Shown: piece by piece, positions 37,636 through 47,225 of the stretch
Numbering within the stretch: the first letter of the stretch is position 1
Layout: each line of letters starts with the position of its first letter
Origin: a virus
IMG/VR virus record: IMGVR_UViG_3300037067_022550
Reading direction: 5' to 3' (one strand)
Length of the DNA stretch: 64,000 bases
Translations under genes and position numbers: made by a program
Notes under the pieces: generated by a model
What the model saw: the letters and a program-made list of their open reading frames with translations, nothing else
The model's database searches: none
What the model was told of the DNA's origin: nothing

Positions 37636-37881
37636 TTAAATAAGTCTTTTTACGGGGGAATCTCTTTCAGATTGAAACCAAACACCTATTTGAGGTTCTA
37701 TTCCATTCATAGCATTACCCCAACAACCTTTGCTCCAATAAACATTTATTTCTGACATAGTTATGAATTGATAACCAGCTTGTTTTAGCAATTCTATAGC
37801 TTGTTTATAGGAATAACAACCAACGTAAGCGTGCCCAAGACAATTTTGCCATCTACCATTTAATATCTTGATTTTTTTCAT
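37636..37881 (-). CDS. hypothetical protein
   Basis: 81-aa ORF. Confidence 0.45.
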   Translation of the reverse strand: MKKIKILNGRWQNCLGHAYVGCYSYKQAIELLKQAGYQFITMSEINVYWSKGCWGNAMNGIEPQIGVWFQSERDSPVKRLI

Positions 37882-37888
37882 TTAATTT

Positions 37889-38140
37889 TTATTTACGAGG
37901 GCAATTGTCAGGATCATTAGCACAACAAACACCTTGTTTGCTAACATGGCAACATCCACTACATTTGCCCATATTTATTTCACAAGGAAGTTTATTTTTG
38001 GGGGGACGTTTTGTCTTTATCTTCTTTTCTGGTTGATTTAACAGAATATTTTTATTAACAATTGAAAGTTTCATCAATTTTCCCCTTGCTTTTTTATTTC
38101 TAAACAAAGATATCATAATAAGAATTAAAGTCAATAACAA
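37889..38140 (-). CDS. Cys-rich small protein
   Basis: GKCSGCCHVSKQGVCCANDPDNCP. 83 aa. Confidence 0.45.
   Translation of the reverse strand: MLLTLILIMISLFRNKKARGKLMKLSIVNKNILLNQPEKKIKTKRPPKNKLPCEINMGKCSGCCHVSKQGVCCANDPDNCPRK
38098..38135 (-). promoter_or_regulatory. early-promoter family copy (variant)
   Basis: aagtcaat at 38128-38135. Overlaps the 5' end of 37889..38140 as called. Confidence 0.35.
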
Positions 38141-38146
38141 AATATA

Positions 38147-38380
38147 TTACAAATTTATTATGGTATTATGGAAGAATCTTCTAATATATTTGATTTGTTC
38201 ATCTGTTGCTGCCGTATCTTTGCTGCCATAGTGAATATATTTATTTCTCCAGTTTTCTACTGATTGCGAAAATTTTTCAAGAATGTTATCAAATTCAATT
38301 TTTGCATTTTCCAAGGCAATTTTAGATTTTGGGCTATTAAATTCATATAATCCCAGTTCGGCTTTTTTAATTATTTTCAT
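38147..38380 (-). CDS. hypothetical protein
   Basis: 77-aa ORF. Confidence 0.45.
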   Translation of the reverse strand: MKIIKKAELGLYEFNSPKSKIALENAKIEFDNILEKFSQSVENWRNKYIHYGSKDTAATDEQIKYIRRFFHNTIINL

Positions 38381-38651
38381 ATTACCCCTTTTTTATTTAT
38401 TACAAAAACAATTAGGTCATCTCCTGCAAGCATAGTTCAGGAACTCCAAACTAGCACGTGTGCTCGTGTGGATCTTTCAGGGAAAAAGCAGCATAACGGC
38501 ACTGCTTTAATAAAACAAAATATACTCAATAATATAAGGAATAATGGTTATTTGGAAAACTAATAATTGCAGCAGTGCCGTTTAGTTAAAAAATGATGAC
38601 GATTGATGACGATGATAGTGTGGGAGGCACACTTCGGTGTGTTGAAGACGG

Positions 38652-39155
38652 TTATAAATAATTAGCCTGTGGGATATTGGGAATTTCATCCTCATCTATT
38701 TCTATGATCTTTTCTAAATTGTCTCCATTTTCTTGCCAATCTTGTACTGTATCCGTGTTAACAGTTTGAAGGTGTGTATCAATAGCTTCTTTTGCATAGC
38801 CGCAATTTACTCCAGTAATCATATCATCAGTTATAAAACATATTTTATCTTGGGCATCGAAATTATGTAGGTCAGTTTGGATCTGTAAAGTTCCATCTGG
38901 GGCTCTAACAACTGCAAAGTCGCTCCACACTGCTTTTCTACCTTTTTTATCTTTGAGATTTTCCTTGGATACTTTAAGTACAACAGGAAGGTTGCCTTTT
39001 ACGCCGCCATATAAACTGACATTTAACTTTTTACCTTGCTTTTCTTCTTCAGGTGTAAGAGTTTCAATTTTATCCCATCCAAAAATATTCTGCAGGGCTT
39101 TTTTTAAAATATTAATGTCCTTACATTTTGTATCTTTTGCTACTGTTTGTCCCAT
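38652..39155 (-). CDS. hypothetical protein
   Basis: 167-aa ORF. Confidence 0.5.
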   Translation of the reverse strand: MGQTVAKDTKCKDINILKKALQNIFGWDKIETLTPEEEKQGKKLNVSLYGGVKGNLPVVLKVSKENLKDKKGRKAVWSDFAVVRAPDGTLQIQTDLHNFDAQDKICFITDDMITGVNCGYAKEAIDTHLQTVNTDTVQDWQENGDNLEKIIEIDEDEIPNIPQANYL

Positions 39156-39167
39156 TTTATTATCTCC

Positions 39168-39404
39168 TTATAAAGTCATTACATCTCTTTGTAGGTCGCC
39201 TTCTTCTGGAATGGCTGTAGAACGCGTAGGAAAGGCGTCAGGGTCATTAGGTGTAATAGACCCCTGAGTAGTAGGTAGTAGGTTTGTTATGCCCTCGTGT
39301 GCTTCATTATAGCCTTCTTGAGGTATTTCTTGGACTTCTCCAGTTTTTCTATTAATAGTAAATTTTACTCTTACCTTTTTACCGGCAATCCTAATAATTC
39401 TCAT
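39168..39404 (-). CDS. hypothetical protein
   Basis: 78-aa ORF. Confidence 0.45.
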   Translation of the reverse strand: MRIIRIAGKKVRVKFTINRKTGEVQEIPQEGYNEAHEGITNLLPTTQGSITPNDPDAFPTRSTAIPEEGDLQRDVMTL

Positions 39405-39962
39405 AATAATTTCTCCAGTTACAATTGCGTCTGGTTTTTGCCAGAAGTTGTACTCTCGTTTTTTATATATTATACAATATAAAATAATGAAAACCTTTTT
39501 GTTATATATTTATTTCTTAAGATCATTATGGATGGTTAATACAGTGTGGTCCACATAAACAAAGATGGTTTAAATTCAATATTAGGCACTGCATCTATCA
39601 AATATATAATAAATATTAACAGCAGTGGAAGTTTAGTAATTAAAAACGACCATGTGACCATTTCTTACAGTGTGCTGGAAGTGGTGGGGACGATTATCTC
39701 TGGGGGATGATGCTGTTGCTCAATGAAGGAAGCAAGATGGGAAGGAATCAGCTATTAACTGCGTACATTTAGTGGGGTAATCAGATGAGTTAAAAATTAT
39801 CATGGAAAAAAGATAATACACAATAAAAAATAACAATAATCATAAAACCGCAAGCCCAATTAATGGTTTGTCCGCAAAATTTCACCATAATATAAGAAAA
39901 TATTAGAGCACCCAATATCAAAGACTTGCGGGCTGTAGGCGTCAATGTCTCCATGAATTTCA

Positions 39963-40184
39963 TTATGTTTTTGATTCAAATTTTCTTCGTGAGATTCTTT
40001 TGAAGGTAGCCGTAGGTTCTTCTTTCTTACATTCAGAAAGTCCTATTCCTGTACATTTGCCTATTGGTTCTTTTGTATATCCTCCAATAATTTGATAATA
40101 TTGATGACTTAATATGAAATTTCTTAATATATTTATTAATTTATTCATCAATATCCCAAAATACCTTACCCCATAATACGCCAT
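39963..40184 (-). CDS. hypothetical protein
   Basis: 73-aa ORF. Confidence 0.4.
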   Translation of the reverse strand: MAYYGVRYFGILMNKLINILRNFILSHQYYQIIGGYTKEPIGKCTGIGLSECKKEEPTATFKRISRRKFESKT

Positions 40185-40404
40185 CTTCTATTTTGGTTTG
40201 ACCGATGAAAGCGTCTTTAGTTTCAGTATCGTCGTGGAGATGAATCCAATGGCTACTTTCATATTTATCAGCAAAACAGGGGATAGAATTCATTTTGCCG
40301 TTCCAATCGCAACTATCGTAGCCTATTTTATCTCCTCTGGGATCATATACCATGCCACAAAAACCAGGGTCTTTATCGTAATCTTGTACTAATGCTAGTC
40401 CCAT
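40141..40404 (-). CDS. hypothetical protein
   Basis: 87-aa ORF. Confidence 0.45.
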   Translation of the reverse strand: MGLALVQDYDKDPGFCGMVYDPRGDKIGYDSCDWNGKMNSIPCFADKYESSHWIHLHDDTETKDAFIGQTKIEDGVLWGKVFWDIDE

Positions 40405-40468
40405 AATTACCTCCTTTGGTTCATGTTTTGTTTACACTTTTATGCAATTAGCCTTTATTCTTTATATC

Positions 40469-40506
40469 TGATAAAAAGGCTACTAAATTTACTATGGGAA
40501 GTCAAT
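40469..40506 (-). promoter_or_regulatory. early-promoter family copy
   Basis: aagtcaat at 40499-40506 with upstream tctgataaaaaggctactaaatttactatggg block, similar to the 30040 copy. Confidence 0.5.
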
Positions 40507-40633
40507 AAAAAATAATTATTTATAAAGGAAACTTATATAATATTAATGAATAATATATAGCAGTAATTAATGGTGTTTGTAGCACCATTAAAACGGTGGA
40601 GTTATCTACCGCTGTCCTGCTAAATAAGGAGTT

Positions 40634-41356
40634 ATGTCTCATATGAATAATCAAGAAGCTACTAAAGTTTGTTCTAAATGTCAAAAAGAAAAACCTTTGA
40701 ATGAGTTTTACAAAGATGTGGATAATAAAGATGGTCATAGGAGTGATTGTAAAATTTGTCGTAAAAAAATTGTAAAACAATATAGTTTAAATAATTATGA
40801 AAAAATTAAACAAAAAAACAAAATTTATAATTACAATCACAAAAAAGAAAGGCAATTATATGATAAGCAATATAATTCTAAAAATAAAAAAGAAATTGAT
40901 TTATATAATAAACAATATTACATAATAAACAAAAGCAAACTTATTCTTAAAAATAAAGAATATAGATTAAAAAATAAAGACAAATTACGTATTGGCAGAA
41001 GAACTTATAAAAACAACAAACTTAAAACAAATATAAATTTTAAAATACTAGAAAGTTATCGCAGTAGAATTTATCACGCATTAAAAAACAATCAAAAATT
41101 AGGACATACCATAAAACTTATTATGTGTTCAATACCAGAATTAAAACTACATATAGAAAAGCTGTGGTTGCCAGGCATGAGTTGGAATAACTGGGGCTAT
41201 GGTAAAAATAAATGGCATATTGACCACATAATCCCTTGTTCTTTCTTTAATATGTCAGATCCAGTAGAACAGTATATGTGCTTTAGATGGCAAAACCTTC
41301 AACCACTATGGCAAACTGTTAATTTTAAGAAAGGAGATAAATTACAAAATTTGTAA
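40634..41356 (+). CDS. HNH homing endonuclease with N-terminal zinc finger, encoded opposite to the surrounding genes
   Basis: CSKCQK...CKICRK zinc finger. HNH core KWHIDHIIPCS...N...N. Confidence 0.7.
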   Translation: MSHMNNQEATKVCSKCQKEKPLNEFYKDVDNKDGHRSDCKICRKKIVKQYSLNNYEKIKQKNKIYNYNHKKERQLYDKQYNSKNKKEIDLYNKQYYIINKSKLILKNKEYRLKNKDKLRIGRRTYKNNKLKTNINFKILESYRSRIYHALKNNQKLGHTIKLIMCSIPELKLHIEKLWLPGMSWNNWGYGKNKWHIDHIIPCSFFNMSDPVEQYMCFRWQNLQPLWQTVNFKKGDKLQNL

Positions 41357-41371
41357 TTTTAAATTATTTTT

Positions 41372-41554
41372 TTATTCTTTGTCATCTTCTTTATCTTCAA
41401 AATATTCAAGATCTTCATCTTTAATATATCCTGTGAGCTTGTTCCAATTTTGTTTTTTTTCTTCTTTAAACTTTTGTTTAATCTTATTGCTCGGTTCAAT
41501 TTTTGTGGACGGGTCTAATAACCAACTCTTCCGGATCTTAATTTGCTCTTTCAT
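41372..41554 (-). CDS. hypothetical K/E-rich small protein
   Basis: 60-aa ORF. Confidence 0.35.
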   Translation of the reverse strand: MKEQIKIRKSWLLDPSTKIEPSNKIKQKFKEEKKQNWNKLTGYIKDEDLEYFEDKEDDKE

Positions 41555-41588
41555 TTTTCTTCTAACTTCTCCTTGTTTTTTTATTGAC

Positions 41589-41680
41589 TCAATCTTCGTC
41601 TATCAATGCTTCTTTTAATTCTTGAAGTTTCTCTCCAGTTACATGAGTAGATGCTATCTCTTCTACTCTTTTAACCTGTT
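41589..41680. repeat. about 90-bp segment shared with 48275-48370 (3' ends of two different genes)
   Basis: Near-identical DNA encoding KRVEEIASTHVTGEKLQ(E/K)LKEALIDED in both genes. Confidence 0.6.
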
Positions 41681-42128
41681 CGTTTTCTTTAAGTTGTTGT
41701 TCCCGTTTTTCTTTTTCCCGTTGTTCTTGGGCTTGTTTTTCTTTAAGTTTTCTTTCTTTTTCCTGTTGTTCTTTGAGTTGTTTTTCTTTAGCCTTTTCTG
41801 CCGCAATTTTCTCTTGTTGAATGGCTTTTTCAATATCTTCTTTTGTTGCTTCGGCTGGTTTGGCCAATATCTCTTGTTGCCATCCTTTCCAAGGAATGTC
41901 CCCTTCTAAGTCGCCGTCTACAATATATTTATTTTCATCTAAACAGTCCCATTTTTTATAAGGATTGTGAAATTCTTTTTGATCATAATCATCATATTTT
42001 TTATAATAATTATGTTTTATACCCTCATAATCACATTCTTTATAATAAGCATATTTTTTATAATGATTCTCTAGCTTTTTTGCTTTTTCATAATCATCAT
42101 AATAATTATTTAAATCTGTAATTTTCAC
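41589..42128 (-). CDS. hypothetical Tyr-rich / coiled-coil protein with shared C-terminal module
   Basis: C-terminus KRVEEIASTHVTGEKLQELKEALIDED is almost identical to the C-terminus of 48275..48823. Confidence 0.5.
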   Translation of the reverse strand: MKITDLNNYYDDYEKAKKLENHYKKYAYYKECDYEGIKHNYYKKYDDYDQKEFHNPYKKWDCLDENKYIVDGDLEGDIPWKGWQQEILAKPAEATKEDIEKAIQQEKIAAEKAKEKQLKEQQEKERKLKEKQAQEQREKEKREQQLKENEQVKRVEEIASTHVTGEKLQELKEALIDED

Positions 42129-42142
42129 TTTTATTTACCTTT

Positions 42143-42463
42143 TTAGGCTTTTTCAACATAATAGCTAAAGGGATTTAAAAGGATAATTTCACGAATGCCG
42201 TATTCCAATATAGGACAAAAATTGTCTGATAATATTTCATTTGCTTTTTCTTGAGCAAATTTCAAGGCATCTGTGCTATTGGTAAAAACATTACATTTAC
42301 CAAAATAATTGACGACTTCTTTTGGATTACCATTAGGGTTATAATTATCAGGAGCATTTTTATCCCAGTATATGTTATCTATAGCCTGAGCATGAGCAAC
42401 CCTAAACTCAAATCCATCTTGAGAAGGAGTCTTTAAAATTGCTATACAATTATCTGCCGACAT
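42143..42463 (-). CDS. hypothetical protein
   Basis: 106-aa ORF. Confidence 0.5.
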   Translation of the reverse strand: MSADNCIAILKTPSQDGFEFRVAHAQAIDNIYWDKNAPDNYNPNGNPKEVVNYFGKCNVFTNSTDALKFAQEKANEILSDNFCPILEYGIREIILLNPFSYYVEKA

Positions 42464-43247
42464 AGTTAACCCCTTCCATTAAATGTCGTTTGCCGTTAAT
42501 TATATTAGATATGGCACTCCCATCCATTTTAAATTTTTTTCCTAATTGTTTATGAGTATATTGACCACTTTTGTACATTTTTATTATTTCTTTGGCTTGT
42601 TCGTCTGAAATTTTAGATCCAGGCCCTTTTTCGCCCCACATATATCGTCCGTTTTTTCTTTCATTTTCATAGATGTTGTTCCACCATTTATAAAAATCTT
42701 CATCATTTAAATTATTTACTTTTTGGTATTCTTGACTAGCTTTTTCTGGAGTATCATAGTAACCCACATGATAAGATTTATTGTATCTGGAAATACTGGC
42801 TTTCCATTTCTGTTTTCTTTTGTAAAAGCATACCCCTTTATATCCAGATTTGTTTGTGCAAATTATTAAATTATTATTTCTATGAGCTTGTTTAATTTTT
42901 TCTTTTGTTTCTGTTGGTAATGAACTTCTATCTACTTTATCTAATATATTATAACTCTTGTTTTTAATTCCTACTCCAACAGCATCTATCATTTTTTGTT
43001 CAGTTGTTTTAGATTCTATAGTATTACAAATGCAAATTATTTCAACTTTAAAAGCATTTTCTCCATATTTGTTCCAATCGTTTTGCAATATCCAAGAATG
43101 ATGTTTTTTATTTTTTAAATTACAAATATGAGTTTGAAGCCTTTTAAATATCCCTTGTTCCCCAGCACTACCATAATAAACAAACCCATTAATTTTATTG
43201 ATTATTCTATAAACACCAGGTTTTTTTGGCAAAGATGAAATATCCAT
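42450..43247 (-). CDS. GIY-YIG homing endonuclease
   Basis: GVYRIINKINGFVYYGSA plus R...H...N catalytic spacing. C-terminal basic DNA-binding tail. Confidence 0.8.
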   Translation of the reverse strand: MDISSLPKKPGVYRIINKINGFVYYGSAGEQGIFKRLQTHICNLKNKKHHSWILQNDWNKYGENAFKVEIICICNTIESKTTEQKMIDAVGVGIKNKSYNILDKVDRSSLPTETKEKIKQAHRNNNLIICTNKSGYKGVCFYKRKQKWKASISRYNKSYHVGYYDTPEKASQEYQKVNNLNDEDFYKWWNNIYENERKNGRYMWGEKGPGSKISDEQAKEIIKMYKSGQYTHKQLGKKFKMDGSAISNIINGKRHLMEGVNYVGR

Positions 43248-43335
43248 ACAAATTCCCTATTGAGTATTTGTATATATTTCCGTTATCAGTTCTCATATAC
43301 CTTTATTTAATTAATCTTTCTTTAATTATTTTCCA

Positions 43336-43530
43336 TTATCTGCTGACATGATTTGACTCCATTATTGCATTTTCTCTTGCAGTTTCTCTGGCCAATCCGT
43401 AATCAGCAATAACATATGATAAAAGAAAAGCAAGCAATAAAAAAATAAGGCATATAAACGGCATTAATTGATTATTTATATGGCACTTATTGATTAAGAA
43501 AATCTCAAATTTTGTTAGTTTCCTATTCAA
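43336..43530 (-). CDS. small membrane protein
   Basis: 64-aa ORF. Likely starts at the internal Met (MPFICLIFLL...). Confidence 0.4.
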   Translation of the reverse strand: MNRKLTKFEIFLINKCHINNQLMPFICLIFLLLAFLLSYVIADYGLARETARENAIMESNHVSR

Positions 43531-43595
43531 TTCTTATTCCCTTGAAAGCGTCTGTAATTAAAAGTAAAGATGAAGTAGACATAATTATCCCTTAT

Positions 43596-43633
43596 TTAGA
43601 AAAAGAGTACCATAAGGTAGTATAAAAGTCAAG
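43596..43633 (-). promoter_or_regulatory. early-promoter family copy
   Basis: aagtcaag at 43626-43633. Confidence 0.5.
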
Positions 43634-43667
43634 CATCATTTTATTCAATTATAAAATAAAAATACCT

Positions 43668-43706
43668 ACAAAAGACAATACCCATACAATCCATTGATCG
43701 TATGGG
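43668..43706 (-). terminator. putative rho-independent terminator
   Basis: Stem CCCATAC/GTATGGG (43681-43706), followed on the minus strand by TATTGTCTTTTG. Confidence 0.35.
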
Positions 43707-43839
43707 CATTATAGGGGCGGTTAGGTTTAAAACCATACCATCAACTCCACCAGCAAGATGTTTTAAGTCCATCATGCACGACTGGGGATTAGTTTAGACG
43801 TCTCCCCACCAGCAAAACAGTTAATGTTCCTGTTTTATA

Positions 43840-44058
43840 TTATACAACTTTCTCGGGATTGTCATCATAAAATATAATTTGTGCTCGTTGCAGAGCATCC
43901 CTGCCCATAAGTAAAAATCCGCCATCATCCAAATCACATTGTAACTTTTCCATACCAGCAAAGTTCTCGTACAACTTATTTTGAATTTCCTTAGCAGTTA
44001 GTTCGTTAGATTTTTTAGTTTGATAGGTTAGTCCGTCTATCTTAATTATCATGTGCAT
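43840..44058 (-). CDS. hypothetical protein
   Basis: 72-aa ORF. Confidence 0.45.
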   Translation of the reverse strand: MHMIIKIDGLTYQTKKSNELTAKEIQNKLYENFAGMEKLQCDLDDGGFLLMGRDALQRAQIIFYDDNPEKVV

Positions 44059-44353
44059 TATTTAAATCTCCTTTTAATATAAGTGAATATGGCCAACATT
44101 TTCCACTTTCTGGGAACTGTTTTTCGTGAGCCCTTGCACATTCATAACAGCCATATTGCCAAAATCCATTGTCGTCTAGTTCCCCATTACCAAAGGAAAG
44201 ATCTTCAGAAATAGTAGAACTTACATTGCAATTATGACCATCAGGGCGTTGAAATTTTTTCATAATTCTATATTTAATTTGTATTACGAACATAAATGAA
44301 AAATGATTGCCCAGTTTTTTCGTTACAAATATATTTTGCACAACCAGCGTCAA
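44042..44353 (-). CDS. hypothetical protein
   Basis: 103-aa ORF. Confidence 0.45.
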   Translation of the reverse strand: MTLVVQNIFVTKKLGNHFSFMFVIQIKYRIMKKFQRPDGHNCNVSSTISEDLSFGNGELDDNGFWQYGCYECARAHEKQFPESGKCWPYSLILKGDLNNAHDN

Positions 44354-44465
44354 TAGCTTTTTTTTTCATTCTTTCTTCTTCTAATTTTGAACCAATTACT
44401 AATCCCCCACTAGTTCCTATAATCATAATTGCCAGTGATAGTAAAATAACATCTGCTATTTTCAT
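44274..44465 (-). CDS. small single-TM protein (family with 45407..45601 and an unlisted ORF near 44543..44676)
   Basis: MKIADVILLSLAIMIIGTSGG... Paralogous TM plus C-terminal C.xxxC.KTG motif. Confidence 0.4.
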   Translation of the reverse strand: MKIADVILLSLAIMIIGTSGGLVIGSKLEEERMKKKAIDAGCAKYICNEKTGQSFFIYVRNTN

Positions 44466-44688
44466 GGTTTTTTACTTCCTTTTATTAAGAATAACTGTAT
44501 TTTACACAAGGCTTTAACAATTTCTTTTTGCATTTCATTTTTTTTGTAAATACTGACCTGTTTCAGTTCTGATAAGCTTGCCTATTCCAGTTCCTACAAG
44601 CTTGCCCATTCCAATTCCGATAAGTATCCCAATCAGTACAGTTACAATTAATAAAAATACAATATCTAATTTCATGTTCTTTTCTTTT

Positions 44689-44726
44689 ATAAGAATAACT
44701 GTATCATGAATAAATAGAAAGTCAAG
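44689..44726 (-). promoter_or_regulatory. early-promoter family copy
   Basis: aagtcaagtattattttt at 44719 onward. Confidence 0.55.
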
Positions 44727-44907
44727 TATTATTTTTGGTCAATCTCAGGTTTTGTTCTAGAATTTGTCCTGATTTCAACACAACTAACTCTCATTTGTTA
44801 ATTGCGTCAAAGACGGTATTCAATTCTCTATTATATTATAAGGAGAAGACCAGCAAAGTTATAGAACATACCAACCGTCAAAGACTAACCAACCAATCTT
44901 TCCTTTT

Positions 44908-44945
44908 GAAGTAAGAAGAATAGCAAAAACAAATAGAAAGTCAAG
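44908..44945 (-). promoter_or_regulatory. early-promoter family copy driving an ORF-less roughly 200-nt segment
   Basis: aagtcaag at 44938-44945. No ORF longer than 25 aa between 44727 and 44937 on the minus strand. Confidence 0.5.
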
Positions 44946-45393
44946 CATTAATTAAAAAAATAATGTTCACAGCAGAGTGGGGTGCCATGAACTATTCAAT
45001 ATTTTCCCACCATCAGATAAGTTTTCGTTATCTCATCAACGCCTGTTATTTTTTGTGAATAACAAGAAACGCCAATTATAGCAAACCACTGCTTGCTAAG
45101 GTCGGTTTCCCCAGCCGACTCCTTGATAGTCCATAGTCTCTTTCGCATTGACCTATCTGCTTGTTCTCTCGCAGACGACTATCTCCTCCATACACCATAG
45201 CCTAATTGCCGTAATAAATAGGGCACATCAAGCCATAAACCAGATTAGCAACATTTTCCAGGGGTGGGTTGTTGCAATCTCAAAGCAAGCCCCTACCAAC
45301 AGCCTCCATTACAGAGGCAATGTCATAAGAACCTCCATTTAATAAATATAGTTCATCCTTTGAAAGTAATATTTATACAATAAAAAAAATCAA
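44946..45393 (-). ncRNA. candidate promoter-driven non-coding RNA (about 450 nt, GC-richer than the surroundings)
   Basis: Family promoter at 45394 followed by about 450 nt without an ORF on the gene strand. Local GC around 45%. Hairpins such as GGTCGG...CCGACC. Confidence 0.3.
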
Positions 45394-45401
45394 ATGTCAA
45401 G
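45364..45401 (-). promoter_or_regulatory. early-promoter family copy
   Basis: atgtcaag at 45394-45401. Confidence 0.5.
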
Positions 45402-45406
45402 ATTTT

Positions 45407-45601
45407 TTATTCACTTATTGAATTAGTAACAGAATTAGTAACAGATATAAAAGTGAAAATTGATTTTCCAGTTTTTTTATCACAAACATATTCGGCAGAA
45501 CCAGCTTGAATTGCAAGTGCTCTCATTTTGTTTTGCTCAAAATTTGAACCCATTATAATTCCCAACAATATTCCAGCTATCAAGATTACAATATCATTCA
45601 T
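45407..45601 (-). CDS. small single-TM protein (paralog of 44274..44465)
   Basis: MNDIVILIAGILLGIIMGS...CDKKTGKS. Confidence 0.4.
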   Translation of the reverse strand: MNDIVILIAGILLGIIMGSNFEQNKMRALAIQAGSAEYVCDKKTGKSIFTFISVTNSVTNSISE

Positions 45602-45603
45602 AT

Positions 45604-45948
45604 TTATTCTCCTTCAGCAAAAAATTCCACAATAAATTGAGCTGCTTCATCAATCTTATCATAACGGAAAAATCTCTTTTTCCTATAAACTTTTTCATTT
45701 GGAATATTGCCACCCATTTCAAATTCAAAACTTTCCCCAACATAAACAACAATATCGTCAGAATTGCGATTTTCAGAAAAACAAACCTTTTTTATAGGCT
45801 TACAATATTGAGTAATAGCATAGCCCTGTTCTCTACCATTGCAATAACATTCAACAGAACAAGTTTCTGCAACATGTTCTTCCATTGTTTTATTGACTTT
45901 AGCAAGAACTTTTCTGGCTATGGCAAGATTGTGCGTAAATTTGATCAT
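45604..45948 (-). CDS. hypothetical protein
   Basis: 114-aa ORF. Confidence 0.5.
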   Translation of the reverse strand: MIKFTHNLAIARKVLAKVNKTMEEHVAETCSVECYCNGREQGYAITQYCKPIKKVCFSENRNSDDIVVYVGESFEFEMGGNIPNEKVYRKKRFFRYDKIDEAAQFIVEFFAEGE

Positions 45949-45953
45949 TATTA

Positions 45954-46343
45954 CTATTCTTCATTAAAAACATTTTTATATTTTCTGCGCACAATTGTTC
46001 CAACCTTACGATATTTAGTGATTTTATGTATTTTATTTGCCATTTCTTTGCAAATTTCCATTTCTCTTTCTCTATTAAATAAAAACGATTCAGTATTTAT
46101 CCATCCTTCTTTAATTCTGGACATATAGATGACTTGAGATAGGGCTTCAAAATTAAATTTAGATTGAATAACCTTAGCTGTAGTAGTTGACTTAGAAGAT
46201 TCTACTCCAACCCAACTCCTATCACATCCGCAATCTGGTTTGGAACATTCTACCAAAGGCAATCTAACTATTTCTCCTTCATTTGTCCAACAAAAATCGT
46301 CCCGTAACACTTGCTTCTCTTTTGTTGCAACAAGAATTTTCAT
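45954..46343 (-). CDS. hypothetical protein
   Basis: 129-aa ORF. Confidence 0.5.
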   Translation of the reverse strand: MKILVATKEKQVLRDDFCWTNEGEIVRLPLVECSKPDCGCDRSWVGVESSKSTTTAKVIQSKFNFEALSQVIYMSRIKEGWINTESFLFNREREMEICKEMANKIHKITKYRKVGTIVRRKYKNVFNEE

Positions 46344-46353
46344 TATTTTTTCC

Positions 46354-46391
46354 TTTCATAAGAACTATAGCATGATTGAAATTAAAGTCAA
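46354..46391 (-). promoter_or_regulatory. early-promoter family copy
   Basis: aagtcaat at 46384-46391. Upstream block cctttcataagaactatagcat. Confidence 0.5.
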
Positions 46392-46394
46392 TCA

Positions 46395-46718
46395 TTATTT
46401 TTTTGTTGCAACATAGCCAGACCAATCATATTCACTAATTGTATCCAAAGTTCCGTATTCGTGCCCACGATGGATTACACCATAACCTTTGATACCAAAT
46501 ATTTTTTCAGTTGATCTTTCCACCATATATTTGCCACTGTCTCCAACATTTACCCTACTGTATTTATTTCCTGATACAAGCCAAACCTTTGCATTGTTAC
46601 GGTTAGATTCACAATCAAGCTTGCGTTGGATTAAACCTTCCAGTTGATGCTTTTCCAATAGTTGTCTAAAGTCTTCCAGTTTTTCATTATATGTTTTCAT
46701 TCTTGAACCATTCTCCAT
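46395..46718 (-). CDS. hypothetical protein
   Basis: 107-aa ORF. Confidence 0.5.
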   Translation of the reverse strand: MENGSRMKTYNEKLEDFRQLLEKHQLEGLIQRKLDCESNRNNAKVWLVSGNKYSRVNVGDSGKYMVERSTEKIFGIKGYGVIHRGHEYGTLDTISEYDWSGYVATKK

Positions 46719-46898
46719 ATTTCTTTTTTACTACTCCTATGGGTGGTTGGTAATCAATGTTGAATCTCCAAGCCCCACATTTGCAACGGTCTATGTGTTG
46801 CCTTTCTTCGCCGCCTTCGTTAACATCCCATCCAACGTCATATTCCGTTATAATTTCTGAACTTCCACAAATTCAACAGATTGCTTTTTCGTTTGGTT

Positions 46899-47225
46899 TC
46901 ATTTTGTTTTTGCTTTTGAAAGGTAATTTGGAAGGTAATAGGCAATATAAACTCGTTTGCCGTTAACAATAGATACATAATTAGGAGAACTACTCTTTTC
47001 AGGTTTAGCATTAGTCTCGGAAAGAATTTTGTTCATTTTATTGACAATTATTTTAATAGTTCTATCACTGATTTCATCTTCATTAACTTTATAACCACGG
47101 TCTTCTGAAGCAATTTTACAATACTTGGAAGCATAAGTATGTTTGCCAGAACATCCACAGCAACAATATCCATCCTTACCTGAATAGACAGACATAACAT
47201 TATTTATATTTATTTGGTAAGACAT
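46899..47225 (-). CDS. hypothetical Cys-rich protein
   Basis: 108 aa. CCCGCSGKH motif. Confidence 0.5.
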   Translation of the reverse strand: MSYQININNVMSVYSGKDGYCCCGCSGKHTYASKYCKIASEDRGYKVNEDEISDRTIKIIVNKMNKILSETNAKPEKSSSPNYVSIVNGKRVYIAYYLPNYLSKAKTK

